A DNA stretch of 64,000 nucleotides, taken from assembly GCA_964016885.1 (NCBI GenBank), contig OZ024746.1:100688001-100752000 (forward strand), given 5' to 3'. This DNA is from Eledone cirrhosa. Lineage: Eukaryota. Position 1 is the stretch's first letter, and every line of letters begins with the position of its first letter. The position numbers were made by a program, and so were the translations under genes. Shown in pieces: positions 1-14,427 of the stretch. The notes beneath the pieces are model-generated. The model was given only the letters and a program-made list of their open reading frames with translations, was not told the origin of the DNA and made no database searches.

Positions 1-3000
1 AGTCTGTCACTCACAGCTGAGATATACTACCTAGACTGGGGTGTAGAGTCTACCACTCACAGCTGAGATATACCACCTAGACTGAGGTATAGAGTCTGTC
101 ACTCACAGCTGAGATATACTACCTAGACTGGGGTGTAGAGTCTACCACTCACAGCTGAGATATACCACCTAGACTGGGGTATAGAGTCTGTCACTCACAG
201 CTGAGATATACTACCTAGACTGGGGTATAGAGTTTGTCACTCACAGCTGAAATATACTACCTAGACTGGGGTATAGAGTCTGTCACTCACAGCTGAGATA
301 TACCACCTAGACTGAGGTAAAGAGTCTGTCACTCACAGTTGAGATATACTACCTAGACTGGGGTATAGAGTCTGTCACTGACAGCTGAGATATACTACCT
401 AGACTGGGGTGTAGAGTCTGTCACTCACAGCTGAGATATAGCACCTAGACTGGGGTATAGAGTCTGTCACTCACAGCTGAGATATACCACCTAGACTGGG
501 GTATAGAGTCAGTCACTCACAGTTGAGATATACCACCTAGACTGGGGTATAGAGTCTGTCACTCACAGCTGAGATATACCACCTAGACTGGGGTATAGAG
601 TCTGTCACTCACAGCTGAGATATACCACCTAGACTGGGGTGTAGAGTCAGTCACTCACAGTTGAGATATAACACCTAGACTGGGGTGTAGAGTCTGTCAC
701 TCACAGCTGAGATATACCACCTAGACTGGGGTATAGAGTCTGTCACTCACAGCTGAGATATACCACCTAGACTGGGGTGTAGAGTCAGTCACTCACAGTT
801 GAGATATAACACCTAGACTGGGGTGTAGAGTCTGTCACTCACAGCTGAGATATACTACCTAGACTGGGGTATAGAGTCAGTCACTCAAAGCTGAGATATA
901 CTACCTAGACTGGGGTGTAGAGTCAGTAACTCTCAGCTGAGATATACCACCTAGACTGAGGTATAGAGTCAGTCACTCACAGCTGAGATATACTACCTAG
1001 ACTCGGGTATAGAGTCTGTCACTCACAGCTGAGATATACTACCTAGACAGGGGTATAGAGTCTGTCACTCACAGCTGAGATATACTACCTAGACTGGGGT
1101 GTAGAGTCTACCACTCACAGCTGAGATATAACACCTAGACTGAGGTATAGAGTCTGTCACTCACAGCTGAGATATACTACCTAGACTGGGGTGTAGAGTC
1201 TACCACTCACAGCTGAGATATACCACCTAGACTGGAGTATAGAGTCTACCACTCACAGCTGAGATATACTACCTAGACTGGGGTATAGAGTCTGTCACTC
1301 ACAGCTGAAATATACTACCTAGACTGGGGTATAGAGTCTGTCACTCACAGCTGAGATATACCACCTAGACTGAGGTATAGAGTCTGTCACTCACAGTTGA
1401 GATATACTACCTAGACTGGGGTATAGAGTCTGTCACTCACAGCTGAGATATATTACCTAGACTGGGGTGTAGAGTCTGTCTCTCACAGTTGAGATATTCC
1501 ACATAGTCTGTGGTGTAGAGTCAGTCACTCACAGCTGAGATATACCACCTAGACTGAGGTGTAGAGTCTACCACTCCCTACCACAGCTGAGATATGCCAC
1601 CTAGACTGGGGTGTAGAGTCTGCCACTCCCTACCACAGCTGAGATATGCCACCTAGACTGGGATGTAGAGGCTGTCACTCCCTAACACAGCTGAGATATA
1701 CCACCTAGACTGGGGTGTAGAGTCTGCCACTCCCTACCACAGCTGAGATATGCCACCTAGACTGGGATGTAGAGGCTGTCACTCCCTAACACAGCTGAGA
1801 TACACCACCTAGACTGGGGTGTTGAGTCTACCATTCCCTACCACAGCTTAGATATACCACCTAGACTGGGGTGTAGACTCTGTTACTCCCTAACACAGCT
1901 GAGATATACCATGTAGACTGGGGTGTAGAGTCTACCACTCCCTAACACAGCTGAGATATACCACGTAGACTGGGGTTTAGAGTCTGTCACTCCCTACCAC
2001 AGCTGAGATACACCACCTAGACTGGGGTGTTGAGTCTGTCACTGCCTACCACAGCTGAGATATACCACGTAGAATGGGGTGTAGAGTCTGTCACTCCCTA
2101 CCACAGCTGAGATACACCACCTAGACTGGGGTGTAGAGTCTACCACTCCCTACCACAGCTGAGATATACCACCTAGACTGGGGTGTAGAGTCTGCCACTC
2201 CCTACCACAGCTGAGATATACCACCTAGACTGCGGTGTAGAGTCTACCACTCCCTACCATAGCAGAGATATACTACCTAGACTGGAGTGTTGAGTCTACC
2301 ACAGCTGAGATATACCACCTAGACTGGGGTGTAGAGTCTACCACTCCCTACCACAGACGAGATATACCACCTAGACTGGGGTGTAGAGTCTGTCACTCCC
2401 TACCACAGCTGAGATATTGCACCTAGACAGGGGTGTAGAGTCTACCACTCCCTACGACAGCTGAGATATACCACCTAGACTGGGGTGTAGAGTCTGTCAC
2501 TCCCTACCACAGCTAAGATATGCCACCTAGACTGGGGTGTAGAGTCTACCACTCCCTAACACAGCTAAGATATACCACGTAGACTGGGGCGTAGAGTCTG
2601 TCACTCCCTACCACAGCTGAGATACACCACCTAGACTGGGGTGTAGAGTCTGTCACTCCCTACCACAGCTGAGATACACCACCTAGACTGGGGTGTAGAG
2701 TCTACCACTCCCTAACACAGCTGAGATATACCACCTAGACTGGGGTGTAGAGTCTGTCACTCCCTAACACAGCTGAGATATACCACCTAGACTGCGGTGT
2801 AGAGTCTACCACTCCCTAACACAGCTGAGATATACCACCTAGACTGGGGTGTAGAGTCTGTTACTCCCTACCACAACTGAGATATACCACCTAGACTGGG
2901 GTGTAGAGTCTACCACTCCCTACCACAACTGAGATATACCACCTAGACTGGGGTGTAGAGTCTGTCACTCCCTACCATAACTGAGATATACCACCTAGAC

Positions 3001-6000
3001 TGGGGTGTAGAGGCCGTGACTCCCTACCACAGCTGAGATATACCGCATAGACTGAGGTGTAGAGTCTGTCACTCTCTACCACAGCTAAGATATACCACCT
3101 AGACTGGGGTGTAGAGTCTGTCACTCCCTAACACAGCTGAGATATACCACCTAGACTGGGGTGTAGAGTTTACCACTCCCTACCACAGCTGAGATATACC
3201 ACCTAGACTGGGGTGTAGAGTCTGTCACTCCCTACCACAGCTGAGATATACCACGTAGACTGGGGTGTTGAGTCTACCACTCCCTACCACAGCTGAGATA
3301 TACCACGTAGACTGGGGTGTAGAGTCTGTCACTCCCTACCACAGCTAAGATATGCCACCTAGACTGGGGTGTAGAGTCTACCATTCCCTACCACAGCTGA
3401 GATATACCACCTAGACTGGGGTGTAGAGTCTACCACTCCCTACCACAGATGAGATATACCACCTAGACTGGGGTGTAGAGTCTGTCACTCCCTACCACAG
3501 CTGAGATATAGCACCTTGACTGGGGTGTAGAGTCTGTTACTCCCTACCACAGCTGAGATATACCACCTAGACTGGAGTGTAGAGTCTACCACAGCTGAGA
3601 TATACCACCTAGACTGGGGTGTAGAGTCTACCATTCCCTACCACAGCTTAGATATACCACCTAGACTGCGGTGTAGAGTCTACCACTCCCTACCACAGCA
3701 GAGATATACTACCTAGACTGGGGTGTAGACTCTGTTACTTCCTAACACAGCTGAGATATACCATGTAGACTGGGGTGTAGAGTCTACCACTCCCTAACAC
3801 AGCTGAGATATACCACGTAGACTGGGGTGTAGAGTCTGTCACTGCCTACCACAAGTGAGATATACCACCTAGACTGGGGTGTAGAGTCTGTCACTGCCTA
3901 CCACAACTGAGATATACCACCTAGACTGGGGTGTAGAGTCTGTCACTCCATACCACAGCTGAGATATACCACCTAGACTGGGGTGTAGAGTCTACCACTC
4001 CCTACCACAGCTGAGATATACCACCTAGACTGGGGTGTAGAGTCTGTCACTCCCTAACACTGCTGAGATATACCACCTAGACTGGGGTGTAGAGTCTACC
4101 ACTCCCTAACACAGCTGAGATATACAACCTAGACTGGGGTGTAGAGTCTGCCACTCCCTAACACTGCTGAGATATACCACCTAGACTGGAGTGTAGAGTC
4201 TACCACAGCTGAGATATACCACCTAGACTGGGGTGTAGAGTCTACCATTCCCTACCACAGCTGAGATATACCACCTAGACTGCGGTGTAGAGTCTACCAC
4301 TCCCTACCACAGCAGAGATATACTACCTAGACTGGAGTGTTGAGTCTACCACTCCCTACCACAGCTGAGATATACCACCTAGACTGGGGTGTAGAGTCTA
4401 CCACTCCCTACCACAGATGATATATACCACCTAGACTGGGGTGTAGAGTCTGTCACTCCCTACCACAGCTGAGATATAGCACCTAGACTGGGGTGTAGAG
4501 TCTGTCACTCCCTCCCACAGCTGAGATATACCACCTAGACTGGGGTGTAGAGTCTACCACTCGCTACCACAGCTGAGATATACCACCTAGACTGGGGTGT
4601 AGAGTCTGTCACTCCGTACCACAGCTAAGATATGCCACCTAGACTGGGGTATAGAGTCTACCACTCCCTAACACAGCTGAGATATACCACGTAGACTGGG
4701 GCGTAGAGTCTGTCACTCCCTACCACAGCTGAGATACACCACCTAGACTGGGGTGTAGAGTCTGTCACTCCCTACCACAGCTGAGATACACCACCTAGAC
4801 TGGGGTGTAGAGTCTGTCACTCCCTACCATAGCTCAGATATACCACCTAGACTGGGGTGTAGAGTCTGTCACTCCCTACCACAGCTGAGATATACCACCT
4901 AGACTGGGGTGTAGAATCTGCCACTCCCTACCACAGCTGAGATATGCCACCTAGACTGGGGTGTAGAGTCTGCCACTCCCTACCACAGCTGAGATATGCC
5001 ACCTAGACTGGGGTGTAGAGTCTACCACTCCCTACCACAACTGAGATATACAACCTAGACTGGGGTGTAGAGTCTGTCACTCCCTACCACAGCTGAGATA
5101 TACCACCTAGACTGGGGTGTAGAATCTGCCACTCCTTACAACAGCTGAGATATGCCACCTAGACTGGGGTGTAGAGGCTGTCACTCCCTACCACAGCTGA
5201 GATACACCACCTAGACTGGGGTGTAGAGTCTACCACTCCCTACCACAGCAGAGATATACTACCTAGACTGGGGTGTTGAGTCTACCACTCCCTACCACAG
5301 CTGAGATATACCACCTAGACTGGGGTGTAGAGTCTACCACTCCCTACCACAACTGAGATATACAACCTAGACTGGGGTGTAGAGTCTGTCACTCTCTACC
5401 ACAGCTAAGATATACCACCTAGACTGGGGTGTAGAGTCTGTCACCCCCTACCACAGCTGAGATATACCACCTAGACTGGGGTGTTGAGTCTACCACTCCC
5501 TACCACAGCTTAGATATACCACCTAGACTGGGGTGTAGAGTCTACCACTCCCTACCACAGATGATATATACCACCTAGACTGGGGTGTAGAGTCTGTCAC
5601 TCCCTACCACAGCTGAGATATAGCACCTAGACTGGGGTGTAGAGTCTGTCACTCCCTACCACAGCTGAGATATACCACCTAGACTGGGGTGTAGAGTCTG
5701 TCACTCCGTACCACAGCTAAGATATGCCACCTAGACTGGGGTATAGAGTCTACCACTCCCTAACACAGCTGCGATATACCACGTAGACTGGGGCGTAGAG
5801 TCTGTCACTCCCTACCACAGCTGAGATACACCACCTAGACTGGGGTGTAGAGTCTGTCACTCCCTACCACAGCTGAGATACACCACCTAGACTGGGGTGT
5901 AGAGTCTGTCACTCCCTACCATAGCTCAGATATACCACCTAGACTGGGGTGTAGAGTCTGTCACTCCCTACCACAGCTGAGATATACCACCTAGACTGGG

Positions 6001-9000
6001 GTGTAGAATCTGCCACTCCCTACCACAGCTGAGATATGCCACCTAGACTGGGGTGTAGAGTCTGCCACTCCCTACCACAGCTGAGATATGCCACCTAGAC
6101 TGGGGTGTAGAGTCTACCACTCCCTACCACAACTGAGATATACAACCTAGACTGGGGTGTAGAGTCTGTCACTCCCTACCACAGCTGAGATATAGCACCT
6201 AGACTGGGGTGTAGAATCTGCCACTCCCTACAACAGCTGAGATATGCCACCTAGACTGGGGTGTAGAGGCTGTCACTCCCTACCACAACTGAGATATACC
6301 ACCTAGACTGGGGTGTAGAGTCTGTCACTCTCTACCACAGCTAAGATATACCACCTAGACTGGGGTGTAGAGTCTGTCACCCCCTACCACAGCTTAGATA
6401 TACCACCTAGACTGGGGTGTAGAGTCTACCACTCCCTACCACAACTGAGATATACAACCTAGACTGGGGTGTAGAGTCTGTCACTCTCTACCACAGCTAA
6501 GATATACCACCTAGACTGGGGTGTAGAGTCTGTCACCCCCTACCACAGCTGAGATATACCACCTAGACTGGGGTGTTGAGTCTACCACTCCCTACCACAG
6601 CTTAGATATACCACCTAGACTGGGGTGTAGAGTCTACCACTCCCTACCACAGCAGAGATATACTACCTAGACTGGGGTGTTGAGTCTACCACTCCCTACC
6701 ACAGCTGAGATATACCACGTAGACTGGGGTGTAGAGTCTACCACTCCCTACCACAGCTGAGATATACCACCTAGACTGGGGTGTAGACTCTGTTACTCCC
6801 TAACACAGCTGAGATATACCATGTAGACTGGGGTGTAGAGTCTACCACTCCCTACCACAGCTGAGATATACCACCTAGACTGGGGTGTAGACTCTGTTAC
6901 TCCCTAACACAGCTGAGATATACCATGTAGACTGGGGTGTAGAGTCTACCACTCCCTACCACAGCTGAGATATACCACCTAGATTGGGGTGTTGAGTCTG
7001 TCACCCCCTACCACAGCTGAGATACACCACCTAGACTGGGGTGTAGAGTATGCCACTCCCTACCACAGCTGAGATATACCACGTAGACTGGGGTGTAGAG
7101 TCTGTCACTCCCTACCACAGCTAAGATATGCCACCTAGACTGGGGTGTAGAGTCTGTCACTCCCTAACACTGCTGAGATATACCACCTAGACTGGGGTGT
7201 AGAGTCTACCACTCCCTAACACAGCTGAGATACACCACCTAGACTGGGGTGTAGAGTCTGTCACTCCCTACCACAGCAGAGATATACAACCTAGACTGGG
7301 GTGTTGTGTCTACCACGCCCTACCACAGCTGAGATATACCACCTAGACTGGGGTGTAGAGTCTGTCACTCCCTAACACTGCTGAGATATACCACCTAGAC
7401 TGGGGTGTAGAGTCTACCACTCCCTACCACAGCTGAGATACACCACCTAGACTGGGGTGTAGTGTCTACCACGCCCTACCACAGCTGAGATATACCACCT
7501 AGACTGGGGCGTAGAGTCTACCACTCCCTAACACAGCTCAGATATACCACGTAGACTGGGGTGTAGAGTCTGTCACTCCCTACCACAGCTGAGATACACC
7601 ACCTAGACTGGGGCGTAGAGTCTACCACTCCCTAACACAGCTGAGATATACCATGTAGACTGGGGTGTAGAGTCTGTCACTCTCTACCACAGCTAAGATA
7701 TACCACGTAGACTGGGGTGTAGAGTCTGTCACTCCCTACTACAGCGGAGATATACCACCTAGACTGGGGTGTAGAGTCTGTCACTCCGTACCACAGCTAA
7801 GATATGCCACCTAGACTGGGGTATAGAGTCTACCACTCCCTAACACAGCTGCGATATACCACGTAGACTGGGGCGTAGAGTCTGTCACTCCCTACCACAG
7901 CTGAGATACACCACCTAGACTGGGGTGTAGAGTCTGTCACTCCCTACCACAGCTGAGATACACCACCTAGACTGGGGTGTAGAGTCTGTCACTCCCTACC
8001 ATAGCTCAGATATACCACCTAGACTGGGGTGTAGAGTCTGTCACTCCCTACCACAGCTGAGATATACCACCTAGACTGGGGTGTAGAATCTGCCACTCCC
8101 TACCACAGCTGAGATATGCCACCTAGACTGGGGTGTAGAGTCTGCCACTCCCTACCACAGCTGAGATATGCCACCTAGACTGGGGTGTAGAGTCTACCAC
8201 TCCCTACCACAACTGAGATATACAACCTAGACTGGGGTGTAGAGTCTGTCACTCCCTACCACAGCTGAGATATAGCACCTAGACTGGGGTGTAGAATCTG
8301 CCACTCCCTACAACAGCTGAGATATGCCACCTAGACTGGGGTGTAGAGGCTGTCACTCCCTACCACAACTGAGATATACCACCTAGACTGGGGTGTAGAG
8401 TCTGTCACTCTCTACCACAGCTAAGATATACCACCTAGACTGGGGTGTAGAGTCTGTCACCCCCTACCACAGCTTAGATATACCACCTAGACTGGGGTGT
8501 AGAGTCTACCACTCCCTACCACAACTGAGATATACAACCTAGACTGGGGTGTAGAGTCTGTCACTCTCTACCACAGCTAAGATATACCACCTAGACTGGG
8601 GTGTAGAGTCTGTCACCCCCTACCACAGCTGAGATATACCACCTAGACTGGGGTGTTGAGTCTACCACTCCCTACCACAGCTTAGATATACCACCTAGAC
8701 TGGGGTGTAGAGTCTACCACTCCCTACCACAGCAGAGATATACTACCTAGACTGGGGTGTTGAGTCTACCACTCCCTACCACAGCTGAGATATACCACGT
8801 AGACTGGGGTGTAGAGTCTACCACTCCCTACCACAGCTGAGATATACCACCTAGACTGGGGTGTAGTCTCTGTTACTCCCTAACACAGCTGAGATATACC
8901 ATGTAGACTGGGGTGTAGAGTCTACCACTCCCTACCACAGCTGAGATATACCACCTAGACTGGGGTGTAGACTCTGTTACTCCCCAACACAGCTGAGATA

Positions 9001-10255
9001 TACCATGTAGACTGGGGTGTAGAGTCTACCACTCCCTACCACAGCTGAGATATACCACCTAGATTGGGGTGTTGAGTCTGTCACCCCCTACCACAGCTGA
9101 GATACACCACCTAGACTGGGGTGTAGAGTATGCCACTCCCTACCACAGCTGAGATATACCACGTAGACTGGGGTGTAGAGTCTGTCACTCCCTACCACAG
9201 CTAAGATATGCCACCTAGACTGGGGTGTAGAGTCTGTCACTCCCTAACACTGCTGAGATATACCACCTAGACTGGGGTGTAGAGTCTACCACTCCCTAAC
9301 ACAGCTGAGATACACCACCTAGACTGGGGTGTAGAGTCTGTCACTCCCTACCACAGCAGAGATATACAACCTAGACTGGGGTGTTGTGTCTACCACGCCC
9401 TACCACAGCTGAGATATACCACCTAGACTGGGGTGTAGAGTCTGTCACTCCCTAACACTGCTGAGATATACCACCTAGACTGGGGTGTAGAGTCTACCAC
9501 TCCCTACCACAGCTGAGATACACCACCTAGACTGGGGTGTAGTGTCTACCACGCCCTACCACAGCTGAGATATACCACCTAGACTGGGGCGTAGAGTCTA
9601 CCACTCCCTAACACAGCTCAGATATACCACGTAGACTGGGGTGTAGAGTCTGTCACTCCCTACCACAGCTGAGATACACCACCTAGACTGGGGCGTAGAG
9701 TCTACCACTCCCTAACACAGCTGAGATATACCATGTAGACTGGGGTGTAGAGTCTGTCACTCTCTACCACAGCTAAGATATACCACGTAGACTGGGGTGT
9801 AGAGTCTGTCACTCCCTACTACAGCGGAGATATACCACCTAGACTGGGGTGTAGAGTCTGTCACTCCCTACCACAACTGAGATATACCACCTAGACTGGG
9901 GTGTAGAGTCTGTCACTCCCTACCACAACTGAGATATACCACCTAGACTGGGGTGTAGAGTCTACCACTCCCTACCACAGCTGAGATATGCCACCTAGAC
10001 TGGGGTGTAGAGTCTGTCACTCCCTACCACAACTGAGATATACCACCTAGACTGGGGTGTAGAGTCTACCACTCCCTATCACAGCTGAGATATGCCACCT
10101 AGACTGGGGTGTAGAGTCTGTCACTCCCTACCACAGCTGAGATATACCACCTAGACTGGGGTGTAGAGTCTACCACTCCCTACCACAGCTGAGATATGCC
10201 ACCTAGACTGGGGTGTAGAGTTTGTCACTCCCTACCACAGCTGAGATATACCACC
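1..10255. repeat. Satellite array: about 34 x 46-bp monomers (1 to about 1565), then about 167 x 52-bp monomers; runs off the window start
   Basis: 46-mer AGTCTGTCACTCACAGCTGAGATATACTACCTAGACTGGGGTGTAG. From about 1565 each unit gains CCCTAC (52-mer). Ends abruptly at CCACCAAACA, about 10255. Confidence 0.98.
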
Positions 10256-11094
10256 AAACATTATATAATTTTTTTTAGATTTGTTGAATAGTTTATGATT
10301 TACATGAAGTTTCCTTTTTAGAATGTTTTGTTTTTATTTTCCTCAACATCTTCTTGACTGATGTTACATGTGTCAACTTATCTCCACCATTATATTCCTC
10401 ATTGTCAATGTCATTTCCATTTGTGTGTATTAGCTAGAATTTCTTATTTGTTGCTGCATTCAACAGTTTAATATATTCAGTCATTAAATTTATGTATTTT
10501 GTTCAAAATTGACTGATTTAAGCGTGAGAACTTATTTAGAATGAGAGAAATTCATTAAGTTCCCATATATTAATTCAGGATATTTTTAACAAACTACATT
10601 CATTTTACGATTTGACAAAGTGTCTCCTACAGAGTTTCTTGAAATACATCTGATAATCTGACAACGTGGCTTTTATATAGTACTTGAACTATTCAATAAA
10701 AACATTTTGATTAACTTTAACATCTTGCATCACCTGAAACTGCAATAGAAAGACATTCTTGAAAAGTACAAAACAACACTGTAACCCTATCACATTAAAA
10801 ATTATTGTCTTTACTGCACCGTTTCACAAAAATCTGTCCACAGGTAATAATACTATAAACATTTGAATTACCAAACCCATTTTCAGTTATTTTCTGCTAA
10901 ATCATTACAGGATGTTTATAGTTAAGCACTCAATAATTTAGATGGGGACATATCGCTGTAAAAGTATTCTGTTGGTATATATGAATATTTATCCACATTA
11001 TAACTCCCCCACCCCATCCACACCCCACCTCCATCAACACCACCCCTCTCTCTATAAAGTTATGTTGGTTACACAACATGCAGTCCTAAATAAA

Positions 11095-11280
11095 TGAGGT
11101 CGTGTAGGTGTCACGACAAAAAAACACACAGTCCACGCTATAATGTGGCCGTGTAGGTAACATGGTAGAAACCTCCCAGTCCACACTGTAAACGTGGTTG
11201 GTGTTAGGAAGGCATCCAGCCGTAGAAAACCTGCCAGACAGTCCTACATGAGCAAGACAATGATGATGATGATGATGATT
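11095..11280 (+). mobile_element. Short non-autonomous RTE-derived element (5'UTR-like part plus (GAT)n tail)
   Basis: CCCAGTCCACACTGTAAA..GGTTGGTGTTAGGAAGGCATCCAGCCGTAGAAA followed by (GAT)n. The same motifs occur at 44520-44832 and, reverse-complemented, upstream of the RTE ORF at 35805-35990. Confidence 0.7.
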
Positions 11281-11339
11281 AAAACACCATGAAAATAATT
11301 GTAATGTGAGGAAATGAATTAACTAACACTATTATTTGT

Positions 11340-12042
11340 TTAACCCCAGCCATATCCAGCCAGAATTCTCTCACCTCTTTCTCTTCAAACCCGCTGTAAC
11401 CAGCTGTTCATACTGATGTTAAGGTATTGTTTTCAAAATAAATATCAAATCTCATAGATTCGATATTATGTGAGATAATTATGTAAGATAAAGCTTTTAC
11501 TGTGAAAATACAATAGTATATATAGAGTAATGTAAATGTTATGTGAGATATTATGTGAGGTAAAGCCTTTACTGTGAAAATACAATAGTATATATAGAGT
11601 AATGTAAATGTTATGTGAGATATTATGTGAGGTAAAGCCTTTACTGTGAAAATACAATAGTATATATGGAGTAATGTAAATGTTATGTGAGATATTATGT
11701 GAGGTAAAGCCTTTACTGTGAAAATACAATAGTATATATAGAGTAATGTAAATGTTATGTGAGGTATTATGTGAGGTAAAGACTTTACTGTGACAATACA
11801 ATAGTATATATAGAGTAATGTAAATGTTTTATGAGATATTATGTGAGGTAAAGCCTTTACTGTGACAATACAATAGTATATATAGAGTAATGTAAATGTT
11901 ATGTGAGGTAAAGCCTTTACTGTGAAAATACAATAGCATATATAGAGTAATGTAAATGTTATGTGAGATATTATGTGAGGTAAAGCCTTTACTGTGAAAA
12001 TACAATAGCATATATAGAGTAATGTAAATGCTAAAGGGTTAA
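11340..12042. mobile_element. piggyBac-type (TTAA) MITE with an internal tandem expansion
   Basis: Begins TTAACCCC and ends TAAATGCTAAAGGGTTAA. The body is homologous to the unexpanded copy at 23705-23934. Confidence 0.8.
11466..12030. repeat. 72-bp minisatellite (about 8 copies) inside the MITE
   Basis: TATAGAGTAATGTAAATG recurs at 11521, 11593 and onward. This produces the 24-aa repeat ORFs on the - strand. Confidence 0.95.
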
Positions 12043-12656
12043 TATAGATACCTATTCATATATATCAACAGACAATTTTACAGTTGTTTAAAGTGAAGAG
12101 AACTTAATTAAATTGTTTTTATCTAATTATTAGTGAAATATTAGAGACCATCTAGACTCAGACCATGACAACCTGCTACTGTTGTTGTTTAGCAGTAGCT
12201 CAGCTCTGTGTTTCAACCACAACTCTCTTGTTTTTTGGGGGGAGATTGGCTATCTTGGACTACTTTATCCAATGTGTCCATGCCTTTTGAAGGTGTTAGG
12301 GTATAATTTGAAGGAGATATCAGCTTCTTTTTACTAGGTATTTACTACTGTTTGGGCTTCTTTTCTTCTTGATTCCTTCACCCTATGAAGCTTGGTTACA
12401 CTGATTGACTAGATTCAGTGTTTCACATAGTGTGGCATATCAACACAGTTTGTTGTGTACCTCTGCTAGTAGACATAACAGACTTTAAATAATGATGATG
12501 ACAATGATGGTGATGACAACATCACTTTCCTGCTACAAGGGTGTAGTATACATAAGCAAAAGCTGCTGTTATGTTTTAAATCTATCATAGGGTTAATAAT
12601 TTAATAACTTCTGTGTTTACAGTAGAAAGACTTGCCATAATAGTCTTTCTACTGTA

Positions 12657-13095
12657 AAGTGTTTTCTGCTTCTGTTAACTCTGCCATGCTTCACGGCAGT
12701 GAGACATGGGCTCCGAATGCCTCAGATCTGCAATGGCTCAGGCAAAATAATTGTGCCATGATTAGGTGGATCGGTGGCGCCAAATTGAAAGATGGGACCT
12801 CTTCGACCATGCTGCACCAGAAGCTGGGTGTGGATGAGATCACTGCTGTCCTTTGCACATAACAACTCCATCACTCACTTGGCAATCCCTGGCTCTAGAG
12901 ATTGCAGCAGACCAAGGAAGACGTGGTTGGGGTGTGTGAAGAGTGATTTGTATAAATGGAACTTGGCTGATGTCGATACTATGGACAGAAATTTATGGAG
13001 AGCAACTGTAAGACATTGCCTGGTGTTGCCTACCTCAGAGTCTGGGACAACCACAGCACCCTAAAGACCAAAACTGGATATGGCTGGATGAATAT
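12657..13095 (+). mobile_element. RTE LINE 3' fragment (degraded)
   Basis: Broken ORFs give SAMLHGSETW, MIRWI, RPRKTW and DRNLWR, the typical RTE C-terminus. Confidence 0.8.
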
Positions 13096-13180
13096 GTTGA
13101 GTTGATCTTTTTTATTTCTTTGTTTACTTCCACCATCATTGTTTTTATCAAAATTTTCACTTATATTATTTATTTCATAG

Positions 13181-13303
13181 AGATTAATGAATGTTTACAA
13201 CTCACCTATCCCTGTTCACAATTTGCTGTTTGCAAGAATACAGTTGGAGATTTTAAGTGTACCTGTTCTGAAGGATTTCATGGAAATGGTACATTTTGTG
13301 AAG
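13181..13303 (+). CDS. MUC4/SUSD2-like gene, exon A: calcium-binding EGF domain
   Basis: tttcatAG|..|GTaact; 123 nt, phase 1-1. (E)INECLQLTYPCSQFAVCKNTVGDFKCTCSEGFHGNGTFCE has six Cys and the cbEGF consensus. Confidence 0.93.
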
Positions 13304-14427
13304 GTAACTGCTGTTTTTCAGATATTTTCTTCAATTCAACTTATTCTGTCATTTTCTTATTACAAGCAGAATTCCTTCTATAGCAGCTGCATGTGAGAGT
13401 ACTTTTATGTTAATCTCTGGTAATCACCATTGTTATGAAGAATTTGTAGTGGGTGTGCACAAGAGAAAAACTTATGTGAGGAAATCAGAAGGCTTAAAGT
13501 TAGTTTATTAAATGAACAACGACGAATGTATCTGAAATTATAAGCTTTTTATTTCCACTACTTAAGATCAACTTAACATTACTATGTAGACGAGGTGGTG
13601 TATAGAATACATGAATTATTAATTAGAAATTATGTAATGTGGTATTAATGAACGCTAGGTTAAATTATAAATACCTTGTGAATACATAATTTTCTTGTTG
13701 CTAAAGAACACATAAACACATCTTAAAGAGAAACCATAGCAAGAGACTGGGTTTGAATACCCTGTGTAACATACTAATCCATTTGACACAGATTCAGGAA
13801 GAATTTTGGAGATTCTTCAAAGAGTTGAAATTTACATTGGGTTTTACAACAACATTTCTAGAACATTCTCTAAATAAAAGCATGTGTTGGACTTTCATAC
13901 CAACATTTTAATGTTGGTATGAAAGTTGGCAGGTCATTGTATCCAATAAAGGAATAAGTGCTTGAAATATATTATTCAGAGACAATGTGTGTCCAAAGGT
14001 TGAATGCAAATTCTCTAATAATACATAGATCCATACTTTCTCACTTTAAAATTTGAATATTTTAAACAATCTATTTTAAGAATCACTGAATAGGTAGGAA
14101 GTTTTGAATTTAAAATTGTTTCTTTTTTTTTTTAACTAGGAAAAATAGTTTAAGTTGGACATAGAAACATATAAGTCCCCCGGAACAGAAAAAATTCTAC
14201 AGTGCTGCCAGTGGGACTCTAACATACACCATTTCACTGCGCTAGCAATACACCACAGTGCATAAATACAAACATATATTCAAAAATGAAAAAATATATC
14301 TTGTGTAAAAAAACCTAACTCTAATTTATTTACTGAATTCTATGTTAAAAGTAGATATGTGTATACAATATATATACAATTATTTTCTTTTAAATCTGAT
14401 TGTAATCACAATTTTTTTTAATGTTAG

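Noticed and set aside
1-10255. CRISPR-like array (regular repeats with a partial palindrome)
   Set aside because: No unique spacers: the whole unit repeats head to tail. The context is eukaryotic and there are no cas genes.
11466-12011. His/Tyr-rich repeat ORFs on the - strand
   Set aside because: They are translations of the 72-bp MITE-derived minisatellite.
10941-12400. Possible first exons or signal peptide (MGTYRCKSILL at 10941; YLLLFGLLFFLIPSPYEA at about 12349)
   Set aside because: I could not find splice sites joining these in phase to exon A (phase 1). The second segment abuts a degraded repeat. The gene start is left uncalled.
14200-14262. tRNA-like sequence on the - strand
   Set aside because: No complete cloverleaf or intact A/B boxes can be built; at most a decayed SINE head.
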